Source: Vicinamibacteria bacterium (GTDB lineage: Bacteria > Acidobacteriota > Vicinamibacteria > Fen-336). From it: a DNA stretch of 64,000 nucleotides. Positions within the stretch are counted from its first letter, which is position 1. Every line of letters begins with the position of its first letter. The stretch covers positions 74,681 through 138,680 of the forward strand of contig DATMML010000030.1 in the NCBI GenBank assembly GCA_035570235.1, in the 5' to 3' direction. The translations under genes were made by a program, and so were the position numbers. The notes under the pieces are model-generated. The model saw only the letters and a program-made list of their open reading frames with translations. It did no database searches and was not told where the DNA came from. This document shows, piece after piece, positions 38,653 to 47,774 of this stretch.

Positions 38653-39720
38653 TCAGTTCCAGCGAAAGAAGCGCAGACCGGCCGCGAAGCTCAGCCCGCC
38701 CCAGGCGGCAAGGATGAGCAGCCGCACCCCCTGCGAGGGCAGGCTCGCCCCCTCGAGGATGACGGCGCGCAAGGCGTCGTTGAGCGCGGTCAAGGGCAGG
38801 GCGCGGATCACCGGCTGCAGGGCGTCCGGGAAGCGGTCGGGGGAGAAGAAGATCCCCGAGCAGATGAACATGGGCATCATGATCACGTTCATGAGGCCGG
38901 TCACGGTCTCGATGCGCCGCGCCCGCGAAGCCACCAGGAGCCCGATCCCCCCGAAGGCAAGGGCCCCCACCGTGCCCACGGCGAGAACCGCGGCCACCGA
39001 GCCCCGGAGGGGAACCCCGAAAGCCAGGCGCCCGAAGGCGAGAAGGAAGGAAACCTCGAGGGCCATGAAGACCACGCGCACCGCCATCTGCGCGGCCATG
39101 AAGTCCGCGCGGTGCATGGGGGTGGCGGTGAGGCGTTTCAAGAGCTTCTTGATCCGCATGTCCACCAGGTTGAAGCCCACGCCCCACATCCCGCCGCTCA
39201 TGAGGTTCATGCCCATGATGCCGGGGATGAGGAAATCGATGTAGCGGCCGCCCGGCTCCAGGACTGGCCGATCCAGGCTGGCCAGGGGGTCCCGGCGCCC
39301 GGCCGCCCGCTGCAGAGCGTCGTCCACCCGCGCGCGGGCCACCGCCGCCTCCGGCCGTGAGGGATCGAGCCGGTACTCGAGGCCGCCCGCCCCCGGGGTG
39401 AGGGGGGCGGGGCCCGCGACGACCACCACCTCCACCTTTCCCATGGTCAGGGCGCGGGAGGCCTCCCCCTCGCTGAGGACGGCGATCCTGAGCCCGGGGG
39501 CCTCCTTTAGGCGGGCCGCGACCTCGGCCGCGCCCGGCCCCTCCACCACGGCCGCGCTCAGGACCTCCGCCGGCCGGTTGCGGAAAGCGAGCCCGAGGGA
39601 GAAGGAGAGGATGATCGGGAAGATGAAGCTCCAGAAGACGACCTCCGATTCCCGGTAAAACTCGCGGAACCGGGCCTGGCACAGGGCGCCGAAGGCCCGG
39701 AGGCGGGGGCGGTCACGCAT
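38653..39720 (-). CDS. ABC-2 type transporter permease
   Basis: Six predicted TM helices and an ABC-2 signature region. Overlaps the ATPase gene by 8 nt. Confidence 0.8.
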   Translation of the reverse strand: MRDRPRLRAFGALCQARFREFYRESEVVFWSFIFPIILSFSLGLAFRNRPAEVLSAAVVEGPGAAEVAARLKEAPGLRIAVLSEGEASRALTMGKVEVVVVAGPAPLTPGAGGLEYRLDPSRPEAAVARARVDDALQRAAGRRDPLASLDRPVLEPGGRYIDFLIPGIMGMNLMSGGMWGVGFNLVDMRIKKLLKRLTATPMHRADFMAAQMAVRVVFMALEVSFLLAFGRLAFGVPLRGSVAAVLAVGTVGALAFGGIGLLVASRARRIETVTGLMNVIMMPMFICSGIFFSPDRFPDALQPVIRALPLTALNDALRAVILEGASLPSQGVRLLILAAWGGLSFAAGLRFFRWN

Positions 39721-40648
39721 CGCGCAGGTGTCTCCCGGTCAAGGCCACGAACACGTCCTCCAGGCTGGCGTGGCGGGTGGTGAGGCTGGCCAGCTCCCAA
39801 CCCCCCTCCTGCAGCCGGTCCAGGAGGGCGGGGATGGCCCGGTGGGGCTCGGTCACGGTGAGGAGTAGCTGGCCGGCCTCGGCGTGGACGGCCCTCACCG
39901 CGGGCAAACCCTCGAGGTCGGGGGGCCGGAGGGGGCCGCGGGCGCTCGGGGCGGCCGAGATCTCTACCACGTGATCCCCCCCCAGCGACGTGACCAGCTC
40001 GCGGGGCGATCCCTCCGCGATGATGAGCCCATGGTCCACCACCGCCACCCGATCGCAGAGGCGTTCCGCTTCGTCCATGTAGTGAGTGGTGAGGAGCACG
40101 GTGCGGCCCCGGGTCTTGAACCCGTTCACGATCTCCCAGACCTGACGGCGGGATTGGGGATCGAGGCCGGTGGTGGGCTCGTCCAGGAAGAGCACCTCGG
40201 GATCCCCCACCAGCGCGCAGGCCACGGCCAGCCGCTGCTTCTGGCCGCCGGAGAGCGTCCCCACCCGGGCCTTTCGCTTCTCGGAGAGACCCACCTCGGC
40301 CAGGACCGCTTCGGGCTCCCGCCCCTCCCGGTACAGGCTGCGAAAGAGCTGCATGGTCTCGCCCACCTGCAACTTCTCGGAGAGAACCGTCTGCTGGAGG
40401 CAGACCCCGAGCCGCTCGCGTATCTCCCGGTCATCCCTTCCCCAGCGGCGGCCGAGGACCACGACCTCGCCCGCGCTCGGAGGCAGCAGCCCCTCCAGCA
40501 CCTCGATGGTGGTGGTCTTTCCCGCCCCGTTGGGGCCCAGGAGTCCGAAGCACTCTCCGGCCGCGATCTCGAAGGAGATTCCGCGGACCGCCTCTACTTC
40601 GCCGTATTCCTTCCGGAGGTCGCGCACGGCGACGGTGGCTTCAGCCAT
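39713..40648 (-). CDS. ABC transporter ATP-binding protein
   Basis: Walker A GLLGPNGAGKTT, signature LSGGQKQRL, Walker B LFLDEPTTGLD. Confidence 0.9.
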   Translation of the reverse strand: MAEATVAVRDLRKEYGEVEAVRGISFEIAAGECFGLLGPNGAGKTTTIEVLEGLLPPSAGEVVVLGRRWGRDDREIRERLGVCLQQTVLSEKLQVGETMQLFRSLYREGREPEAVLAEVGLSEKRKARVGTLSGGQKQRLAVACALVGDPEVLFLDEPTTGLDPQSRRQVWEIVNGFKTRGRTVLLTTHYMDEAERLCDRVAVVDHGLIIAEGSPRELVTSLGGDHVVEISAAPSARGPLRPPDLEGLPAVRAVHAEAGQLLLTVTEPHRAIPALLDRLQEGGWELASLTTRHASLEDVFVALTGRHLRDA

Positions 40649-40673
40649 TCGGGAGCGCCTCGTGACCGGGCGG

Positions 40674-41699
40674 TCAGAGGTAGGTCTCGATCCTGGCCTT
40701 CGCGCGCAGGGTGTTCACGAGCGCCTGGAGCGCCTCTCCGCGCCGCTGCTGGAGGATGTACTGCTTCACCGCGTCCTGGTCCCGGGGGAAGGAGGCCGGC
40801 TCCGCGGGAAGCCTCGCCTCCAGTTTGATGATGTGGAACCCGGCGGGGCTCTCCACGACGTCGGAGATCTGGCCCGGCTTCAGGGCGAAGGCAGCGTCGT
40901 CGAAGGCACCCTCGATCGCACCCCGCCCGATCTCGGGGAGCTGCCCTCCTTTCGGGCGGCTGTCCAAGTCGTCCGAGAACTGCTGGGCCAGGCCCGCGAA
41001 GTCCTCTCCGCGTCGGGCCCGCGCGTGCAGCTCTTCGGCCCGCTCGCGTTGCTGCTTGCGCTGGGCGCGGCTCGCGGTCGAGGCGACCCGAACCAGGATG
41101 TGCCGGAGCCGCAGGCGCTCGGGGCGGGTGAAGGTCTCCGGGTGGCTGGTCAAGGCCACCAGCGCTTCCGCGTCGGTCACGGGGCCGACTTTGGCCGCCT
41201 CCTGGGCGACCAAGGCATTCACCGTCTCCTGGGCCCGCAGCTCGTACTTGAAGGCCTGGGGGTCCAAGCCCCGCTGCGCGAGCTCGCTCGCCCACTGCGT
41301 CTCGTCGCGGTAGTCGAGGCGCGCCTTGTCGTAGGCCTGCTCGAGCCGGTGCTGGTCGGCGGCGAGGCCCCGGGCGAGGGCTTCCTGCAAGAGCAGCTCC
41401 CGGATGATGTACTGGTGCATGGCCTGACGAAGGGCGCCCGGCTTGTCCTTCTCCCGGTCCTGGCTCCGGTCCAGAGCCTTCTTGGCCAGGGTCACCACCT
41501 GCCCCAACTGCACCGGCTGTCCGTTCACCCGCGCCACGATGTCGGGGAGAGGGCTGGGGAGGGGCGTGACGCGATCGATCTCGGGAGGCCCTCCCGAGGG
41601 GGGTGCGGAAGGCGTTGGAGAGGGCTTCGGAGGGGACCCGGAGCAAGAGGCCGCCAGCACCGCGCAGCCCACCCATGCCCAGCCGCACCCCTTTGCCAT
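40674..41699 (-). CDS. Parvulin-type peptidyl-prolyl isomerase lipoprotein (PrsA/SurA-like)
   Basis: Lipoprotein signal MAKGCGWAWVGCAVLAASCSG. Parvulin motif SPAGFHIIKLE. Confidence 0.7.
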   Translation of the reverse strand: MAKGCGWAWVGCAVLAASCSGSPPKPSPTPSAPPSGGPPEIDRVTPLPSPLPDIVARVNGQPVQLGQVVTLAKKALDRSQDREKDKPGALRQAMHQYIIRELLLQEALARGLAADQHRLEQAYDKARLDYRDETQWASELAQRGLDPQAFKYELRAQETVNALVAQEAAKVGPVTDAEALVALTSHPETFTRPERLRLRHILVRVASTASRAQRKQQRERAEELHARARRGEDFAGLAQQFSDDLDSRPKGGQLPEIGRGAIEGAFDDAAFALKPGQISDVVESPAGFHIIKLEARLPAEPASFPRDQDAVKQYILQQRRGEALQALVNTLRAKARIETYL

Positions 41700-41810
41700 T
41701 CCCGCGCCTCCCCGAGCCAACGCCCGGACGCCCACCGCAGGACAAAACACTAGGGTGCACGTTCGGCGAAGTCAAGACGATTGCAGTAGGATGGAGGTGA
41801 GGTCGCGTTG

Positions 41811-42506
41811 ATGATGTCCCGGCGCCGTTTGCTTTCCCGAATCTGGCAGGAGTGGCTGCGCCCCCTCCTCGTGGTGGGGACCCTTCTCGGCTCCTTCCGA
41901 TCGGCGGTGGCGGATTGGAACGACGTCCCCAGCGGCTCCATGGAGCCGACCATCCTGGTGGGCGACCGCGTGTTCGTGAACAAGGTGGCCTACGACCTCA
42001 AGGTCCCCTTCACCAGCTGGCGACTCTTGCGCTGGGGCGACCCAAGGCGAGGGGACGTGGTTGTCCTCTGGTCGCCTCACGACGGCCGCCGCCTCGTCAA
42101 GCGGGTGGTCGGCCTGCCCGGCGACCGCGTCGAGGTGCGGGGCTATCACCTGTGGGTCAACCGCGAGCCCGCGGCCTACGGCCCCCTCGCCGAAAACCTG
42201 ATCCGCGAGCTGGGCCGGGAAGGCATGCCCGCGGCGTCCCTGGCCAGCGAGACCCTCGGGCCCCGGACCCACCCCGTCATGGCCGCCGGGCGCTCCGGCC
42301 CCGGCAGCGACTATGGGCCCGTCACCGTCCCCCCGGGCCACTACTTCCTCATGGGCGACCATCGCGACAACAGCTTCGACTCGCGGTTCTGGGGCTTCGC
42401 GGAGCGGGGGGCGATCGTGGGGCGGGCCTCGGCGGTGGTTCTCTCCCTCGATCACCAGCGCTTCTACCTTCCGCGCTGGCGCCGGTTCCTCAGCCCGCTG
42501 CCCTGA
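41811..42506 (+). CDS. lepB: Signal peptidase I
   Basis: Catalytic Ser box PSGSMEPT. Box D/E motifs GDHRDNSFDSRFWG. Confidence 0.85.
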   Translation: MMSRRRLLSRIWQEWLRPLLVVGTLLGSFRSAVADWNDVPSGSMEPTILVGDRVFVNKVAYDLKVPFTSWRLLRWGDPRRGDVVVLWSPHDGRRLVKRVVGLPGDRVEVRGYHLWVNREPAAYGPLAENLIRELGREGMPAASLASETLGPRTHPVMAAGRSGPGSDYGPVTVPPGHYFLMGDHRDNSFDSRFWGFAERGAIVGRASAVVLSLDHQRFYLPRWRRFLSPLP

Positions 42507-42511
42507 GCCGC

Positions 42512-43678
42512 ATGTTCTCGGCCCGCACGCGGTGGGAACTGACTCCCAACCGCCTGGCTCGGATCCTCAAAGCCAAGCGAACGGCGGGTTGCCCGGTCAT
42601 CGACATGACGGAGTCGAATCCCACGCGGGCGGGGATCCCCTACCCCTTGGACCTCCTCACGCCCCTGGCCGATCCCGCCGGCCTGCGCTACGAGCCCAGC
42701 CCCTTTGGTCTGGAGCCCGCGCGGGAGGCGGTGGCGGCCGACTTCGCGCGCCGCGGGTTCCCCCTCCGCCCCGACCGCGTCCTGCTCACGGCCAGCACCA
42801 GCGAGGCCTACAGCCTCCTCTTCAAACTCCTCTGCGACCCCGGCGACGAGGTGCTGGTCCCGCGCCCCGGCTACCCCCTCTTCGATTACCTGGCCGGGCT
42901 CGAGTCCGTGCGCGTGGTTTCTTACCCGCTGGAGTACGACGGCGGCTGGCGGCTGGACGTGGCCGCCGTGGCCGCGGCCGTGACCGCGCGCAGCCGGGCC
43001 GTGGTGACGGTCAACCCGAACAACCCCACCGGCTCTTACCTCAAGCGAGACGAGGCACGCGCGCTTAGGGCCCTCTGCGCCGAGCGCGGCCTGGCCTTGA
43101 TCTCGGACGAGGTCTTCGCGGACTACGCGGTCGGGGAGGACCCAAGCCGGATGGCAAGCGTGGCCGAGGACGGGAGCGGCCTGGCCTTTGCCCTCGGCGG
43201 CCTCTCCAAGTCCTGCGCCCTGCCCCAGCTGAAACTGGCCTGGATCGCGACCTCGGGGCCGGAGGGCCTCCGCGACCAGGCGCTCTCCCGACTGGAGGTC
43301 GTGGCCGACGCGTTCCTCTCCGTGGGGACCCCGGTCCAACTCGCCGCACCCTCCCTGCTCGCGCGCCGGGCCGAGCTGCAGGCCCCCATCCAGGCTCGCC
43401 TGCGGGAGAACCGCGATGCGCTGCGCGCACATCTCGATTTGTCCTCCCCCGCCCGCCTCCTCGAGGCGGAGGGAGGCTGGTACGCGGTTCTGCGCGTTCC
43501 CGCCACTCATCCCGAGGAGGAGCGAGTGGCGCGGCTCCTGGAGCAGAGCAACGTGCTCGTCCACCCGGGCTACTTCTTCGACTTCCCTGGCGAGGCCTAC
43601 CTCGTGCTCAGCCTGCTGCCGCCACCCCCCCTCTTCGCCGAGGGCCTGGGCCGGATCCTCGACTCCCTCATGCTATAA
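42512..43678 (+). CDS. Class I/II PLP-dependent aminotransferase (alanine/aspartate aminotransferase-like)
   Basis: …VTVNPNNPTGSYL… and LGGLSKSCALPQLKLAW (PLP-lysine context). The frame was taken from the track ORF 41852-43678 and trimmed to the ATG after the lepB stop. Confidence 0.75.
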   Translation: MFSARTRWELTPNRLARILKAKRTAGCPVIDMTESNPTRAGIPYPLDLLTPLADPAGLRYEPSPFGLEPAREAVAADFARRGFPLRPDRVLLTASTSEAYSLLFKLLCDPGDEVLVPRPGYPLFDYLAGLESVRVVSYPLEYDGGWRLDVAAVAAAVTARSRAVVTVNPNNPTGSYLKRDEARALRALCAERGLALISDEVFADYAVGEDPSRMASVAEDGSGLAFALGGLSKSCALPQLKLAWIATSGPEGLRDQALSRLEVVADAFLSVGTPVQLAAPSLLARRAELQAPIQARLRENRDALRAHLDLSSPARLLEAEGGWYAVLRVPATHPEEERVARLLEQSNVLVHPGYFFDFPGEAYLVLSLLPPPPLFAEGLGRILDSLML

Positions 43679-43699
43679 AAGCTCGTGGAGGTGGACGCA

Positions 43700-44131
43700 A
43701 TGACCGTCAAGCGTGTTTCGCCCGAGGAAGCCCGCGACTTGCTGGAGAAGGAGGGTTACGTCTATGTGGACGTACGCTCCATCCCCGAATTCGAGGCGGG
43801 CCATCCCACGGGAGCGTACAACGTCCCTCTGCAGCACCTGGGGTCGGGGGGCATGACCCCGAACCCCGAGTTCATGGCCGTGATGGAAAAGGCCTTCCCC
43901 AAGGAAGCCAAGCTCGTCGTCGGATGCAAAGCGGGGGGGCGGTCGCTGCAAGCCACGTCCCTTCTTCTCTCCGTTGGCTATCGGAACGTCGTCGACCAGC
44001 GCGCGGGGTTCCAGGGGACGGTGGACCCCCAGGGCCGGCCGGAGCCGGGATGGGGACCCAAGGGCCTGCCCACGAGCAAGCAGGCGGAAGAGGGCCACGC
44101 GTATGAGGCCCTGCGGAGCAAGACGCGATGA
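43700..44131 (+). CDS. Single-domain rhodanese-like sulfurtransferase
   Basis: RBS ggaggtgg. Active-site loop CKAGGRS. Confidence 0.7.
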   Translation: MTVKRVSPEEARDLLEKEGYVYVDVRSIPEFEAGHPTGAYNVPLQHLGSGGMTPNPEFMAVMEKAFPKEAKLVVGCKAGGRSLQATSLLLSVGYRNVVDQRAGFQGTVDPQGRPEPGWGPKGLPTSKQAEEGHAYEALRSKTR

Positions 44132-44832
44132 GCTTCCCCCGCGGAGTGGTGGTCACGGGCGGGGCCGGGGCCCTGGGGCGGGCCGTGGTCCTAGGCCTCC
44201 TGGAGCGGGGGGCGCGGGTGGCCGTGCCCTATCGTTCGCCCGCGGAGTGGGACGAGCTGCAGCGGGCCGCGGGGCGAAACGAAGCTCTCCTCGGCACGCG
44301 CGCGGACATCGCCGACCCGGAGGGGGCGCGGTCCTTCGTGGACGAGGCCAGTCGCTGGCTGGGCCGGCTCGATGGCCTGGCCGCGGTGGCGGGAGCCTAC
44401 ACGGGGTCGGGTAGCCTGGAGGCGGCTCCGGTCGAGGAGTGGGAGCGGATGCTCCAGGCCAATCTGGGGACGGCCTTCGCCGTCTGCCGGGCCGCCCTCC
44501 CCCATTTGCTGAAGCAGGGCGGGAGCGTCGTCACCGTTGGCTCGCAGCTGGCGAGCGCGGGGGGAGCGGGGGCCGCCGCCTACGCCGTCTCCAAGGCGGG
44601 GGTGGAGGCCCTGACGCGGGTCCTGGCCCTGGAGAATCGCGACCGCCGCGTACGCTTCAACTGCGTGGTCCCCGGCATCATCGACACCCCCGCCAACCGT
44701 CGAGCCATGCCCCAGGCGGACGTCTCGCGCTGGACATCACCGGCCGCCATCGCGCGCGTGATCCTGTTCCTGCTTTCGGCCGAGTCCGCTCCGACCACGG
44801 GCGCGATCGTGCCCGTGGACGCCCCCGCCTGA
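44128..44832 (+). CDS. SDR-family short-chain dehydrogenase/reductase
   Basis: VVTGGAGALGRAV (TGxxxGxG) and catalytic YAVSKAG (YxxxK). ATGA overlap with the rhodanese gene. Confidence 0.85.
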   Translation: MSFPRGVVVTGGAGALGRAVVLGLLERGARVAVPYRSPAEWDELQRAAGRNEALLGTRADIADPEGARSFVDEASRWLGRLDGLAAVAGAYTGSGSLEAAPVEEWERMLQANLGTAFAVCRAALPHLLKQGGSVVTVGSQLASAGGAGAAAYAVSKAGVEALTRVLALENRDRRVRFNCVVPGIIDTPANRRAMPQADVSRWTSPAAIARVILFLLSAESAPTTGAIVPVDAPA

Positions 44833-44841
44833 AGAGGCGCC

Positions 44842-45144
44842 TCAGGGCACGGTGAGGCGGCGCAGGCTCAAGAAAAACAGAAGCATCGACACCAGGATCA
44901 AGCCGACCAGGAGGAGCGTGCGACTGAGGGGCGGCGCCACCTGCCGCCGGGGCGCGCCCGTCCGCGGCCCAGGAACGCCCGCCGCCAGCACTCGCTCCTG
45001 ACACCGGTTGCAAGCGGCGAGGTGGACCGCCAGCGCCTCCGGCCCTCGCCCGGGGGGAGCCGCGACCAACGCGGCTATGGCCGCCTCGGTGAGACAGCCT
45101 TGGGCATCGAGGAGGGCGGTCGCGGGATGGGTGGGGACGCTCAT
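44842..45144 (-). CDS. Small (100 aa) C-terminally membrane-anchored protein with an HxxxCxxC (ZAS-like) motif
   Basis: MSVPTHP…AVHLAACNRCQERV…TLLLVGLILVSMLLFFLSL. ATGA overlap with the upstream amidase gene. The rest of the track ORF 44842-45585 was rejected. Confidence 0.5.
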   Translation of the reverse strand: MSVPTHPATALLDAQGCLTEAAIAALVAAPPGRGPEALAVHLAACNRCQERVLAAGVPGPRTGAPRRQVAPPLSRTLLLVGLILVSMLLFFLSLRRLTVP

Positions 45145-45920
45145 GGGGCAATCCTCGGTCGCGCGCCGGGGGGGATGGCCTCCGCGCGCAGCAAGTGCTG
45201 GTCGCCCCCGCTCGCGGGCCGCGGGATCTTGAGGCCCGCGGCGGCGAGGGCGTCGAAAAGGTGTTCTGGGGGGTCCACCCGGCGTCGGAAGGGCCGGCCC
45301 TTCTCGTCCACGTAGACGGGGCATCCGGTTGCCTCGCAGCTGTCGGAGACGTAAGCCGGCTGGCGGTCGAGGTCCTTGTGCCCGACGATCGCGGCTTCGG
45401 TCAGGCGCCCCTCCGACATGTCGAGCAGGGCCCGTAGGAGCCAGACCAGGGTGAGAACCTGGGGGCGGGGGAATGGGTCTTGGCTGCGCCCGGAATGCGA
45501 CACCTCGATCCCGACCGTGTCGTGGTTCGCGCCCTGGACGTGCGCGTAGGCGGGGGCCGCCTCCTCGGCGAGCCGGCGGCGCCACTCCTCATCGGCGGGG
45601 CCGTCGCTGGGAGGCTGGCGGCCGGGGGATTCACCCGGCCGGGGGTGCCGGGGCCAGAGGGAGCCGTCGGTCCACACGATCCAATGGGCACCGAAACTAG
45701 GCTTGCGCCAAAGGGCCAGGGTCCCCGATGGGGACAGAAAGACGAAGCGCATCTCTGGTCGACCGTAGAACGGCCCTCCAGGCGTGTGGAGGACGATTCG
45801 CTCGATACGGGCGGGCAGGGCGACCCCCCCCGCGCCCATACCGGGCAGGAGCAGGAGCGCGACCGCCAGAACGGACCTCACGCGCTCGTGCCCGCCCTCG
45901 CCCTCAAGTCCGGGCGCCAT
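45141..45920 (-). CDS. N-acetylmuramoyl-L-alanine amidase (Amidase_2 / PGRP-like); the start is uncertain
   Basis: …HTPGG…ANHDTVGIEVSH…AIVGHKDL… conserved amidase_2 residues. Hydrophobic N-terminus VLAVALLLLPGMGAGG. Confidence 0.65.
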   Translation of the reverse strand: MAPGLEGEGGHERVRSVLAVALLLLPGMGAGGVALPARIERIVLHTPGGPFYGRPEMRFVFLSPSGTLALWRKPSFGAHWIVWTDGSLWPRHPRPGESPGRQPPSDGPADEEWRRRLAEEAAPAYAHVQGANHDTVGIEVSHSGRSQDPFPRPQVLTLVWLLRALLDMSEGRLTEAAIVGHKDLDRQPAYVSDSCEATGCPVYVDEKGRPFRRRVDPPEHLFDALAAAGLKIPRPASGGDQHLLRAEAIPPGARPRIAP

Positions 45921-46047
45921 CCTACTACGCCGGAGTCGGGGTCCTCGACGTGCCGTTGACGCTTCCCGCAGCATCCGCCAAAACGCAGGCGGGGGTCTCG
46001 ACGCTCCACGTGCTTTACCTCCGGCCCTCCTGGCCGTAGCGCTCGTC

Positions 46048-46743
46048 ATGTGGGCGAGTCAGGATGCCACCGTACCACGAACCGACGCCGAGTCAGGTCC
46101 CACTAACCTTGGGGAGCCTCTCGGCCGCAACCGGCGGCCGGGGGTCGCGCTCGGTCAAGCGCTCCAAGGGGGGAGGAGCGGGTCCAACGGGCTCGAGCCG
46201 CCTCGGCTGATCTCGCGCTCGATCGAGGGCTCCAAGGTATACTCCTCCGCCGTGGGCTTCGAAACCACTCCCACCCGGCTCTGGAAGCGCCTCTCTCCCG
46301 AAGAGCGGCTGGCCGCCGCCCTGAGCTTTTGGCGAGAGCCGCCCTCGGAAGTGATCGGGACCGCGCTCGGACTGATCGTGAAGGCCCGCCACATGCGTCC
46401 GCAGGCCGTGCGGGCCTTGGCTCCCGAGGCCCGGGCCCGGGCCTTGGCCCTCGTCCTCGATCCCGGCGACGCCCTGGCCTCCGCGCTCCTCGTAGCCTTG
46501 CACATGGGCGAACGCCGGCCTCTGCTCGGAGTGTTCCTGGATGCGGTGGGTCTCCGCCACGAGGACGGCATCCTCAAGGACGAGCCGCCCGAGGTGGCGC
46601 CCCTGGGTGAGGAGTCGGCCCGGGCGGGGGTCAAAGCCCTTCTCGCCGCCTTCCCCCGGCCGCAGGTGGAAACCTACCTCAACACGCTCTGGCTGCAGGA
46701 CCCCGAGCGCTGGGCCGTGCTTCAGCGACAAGATCTCCCCTGA
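46048..46743 (+). CDS. Hypothetical protein
   Basis: ORF with protein-like composition (…RLWKRLSPEERLAAALSFWREPPSEVIGTALGLIVKARHMRPQAVRALAPEARARALALVLDPGD…) and no family recognised. Start chosen at the first ATG after the upstream gene. Confidence 0.4.
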   Translation: MWASQDATVPRTDAESGPTNLGEPLGRNRRPGVALGQALQGGRSGSNGLEPPRLISRSIEGSKVYSSAVGFETTPTRLWKRLSPEERLAAALSFWREPPSEVIGTALGLIVKARHMRPQAVRALAPEARARALALVLDPGDALASALLVALHMGERRPLLGVFLDAVGLRHEDGILKDEPPEVAPLGEESARAGVKALLAAFPRPQVETYLNTLWLQDPERWAVLQRQDLP

Positions 46744-46744
46744 T

Positions 46745-47713
46745 CTACTCCAAGCCCACCGCCGTGGGCAGGTGGGCCTCCATCGTCTCCTCGCGGGAGG
46801 GCAGGAGCAGCCAATAGCGCTCCGCGTGGTCCCGGGTGCCCAGCCTTCGGTCGTAGGCGGCGGCCATGCGGATGAAGCGTTCCGCCGCCCGCCGGTCCGC
46901 CGGGAGCAGAGCCGACACCGCCGCGCGGAGCAGGGGCAGGGTCTCGGGGTCGGACGCCTGTACGACGGGCTGCATCTTGGGCCCAAACGACCGCTGGGGG
47001 TTCCAGCCCCGGGCCAGCCGCCACTCGCGGGCGGCGGGGCCGGTGGAGCGGAGCCGGTCCGACCACCCTCCGAGGTCTCCCCGGAGGGCGGCCGCGACGT
47101 GAAACGACATGAGGTAACGGGCGAGCCCGGCCCGATCGGCGGCCTCCGTGGCCCCCGGGGGCAGCCGCACCCCCAGGAGGCCTAGGCGGATCCGGACCGC
47201 CCCCGGCACGAACGCCTCGGGGCGCTCCTCGTAGAAGAAGAGGTTGCGACCGGGCTCGCCCGCGAAGGCCCTGAGCGCGGCCTCGTAGGTGAGCCGGTGG
47301 TCGACGTGGCCGCCCACGCCCAGGGGCGCGTAGATGTGGCGGGGGCGGATGCGGGGACCGATGTCCGCCAAGAGCTTGACCGCCCTCATCAGCCAGGTCT
47401 CATGGTCCGGAGGGTGGCCGAAGGCCAGGGAGTCGAAAGCAACGGCTCCGGGCTGGCGGCGGCGGGCAGGGGGCAGGCCGGCCACGACGTAGTCGGCGCC
47501 TAGGCGGGTCAGCGTTCCCACCAGATCCCGCGGGCCGCCGGGGGGCGCCGCTTCGTCGGCACGGGACTCGAAGAGCCCGACGACCAGAACGCTCTGGCCG
47601 CGAAGCTTTTCCGCCCGGATCCTTCCCGTGCAGGAGAAGGCCACGTCGTCTCCGTGGGGGGAGAGATAGAGGCTGTCGTAGCGGCCGAGCCGATTCAGGT
47701 CCAGAGTTGGCAT
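46745..47713 (-). CDS. PIG-L/LmbE-family N-acetylglucosaminyl deacetylase
   Basis: LYLSPHGDDVAF (HxDD) and GGHVDH motifs. Confidence 0.75.
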   Translation of the reverse strand: MPTLDLNRLGRYDSLYLSPHGDDVAFSCTGRIRAEKLRGQSVLVVGLFESRADEAAPPGGPRDLVGTLTRLGADYVVAGLPPARRRQPGAVAFDSLAFGHPPDHETWLMRAVKLLADIGPRIRPRHIYAPLGVGGHVDHRLTYEAALRAFAGEPGRNLFFYEERPEAFVPGAVRIRLGLLGVRLPPGATEAADRAGLARYLMSFHVAAALRGDLGGWSDRLRSTGPAAREWRLARGWNPQRSFGPKMQPVVQASDPETLPLLRAAVSALLPADRRAAERFIRMAAAYDRRLGTRDHAERYWLLLPSREETMEAHLPTAVGLE

Positions 47714-47774
47714 GTTCGAGGGTAAGTCCGGAGGGGGACGTAATGGGTCAACTGTTCCCGCCACGGTTTCCTCC

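Noticed and set aside
41852-43678. 608-aa plus-strand ORF
   Set aside because: The upstream 220 codons overlap lepB in a different frame and are Arg/Pro-rich junk. The real aminotransferase starts at the ATG (42512) after the lepB stop. A 1-nt discrepancy between my character count and the track in this line was resolved in favour of the track frame.
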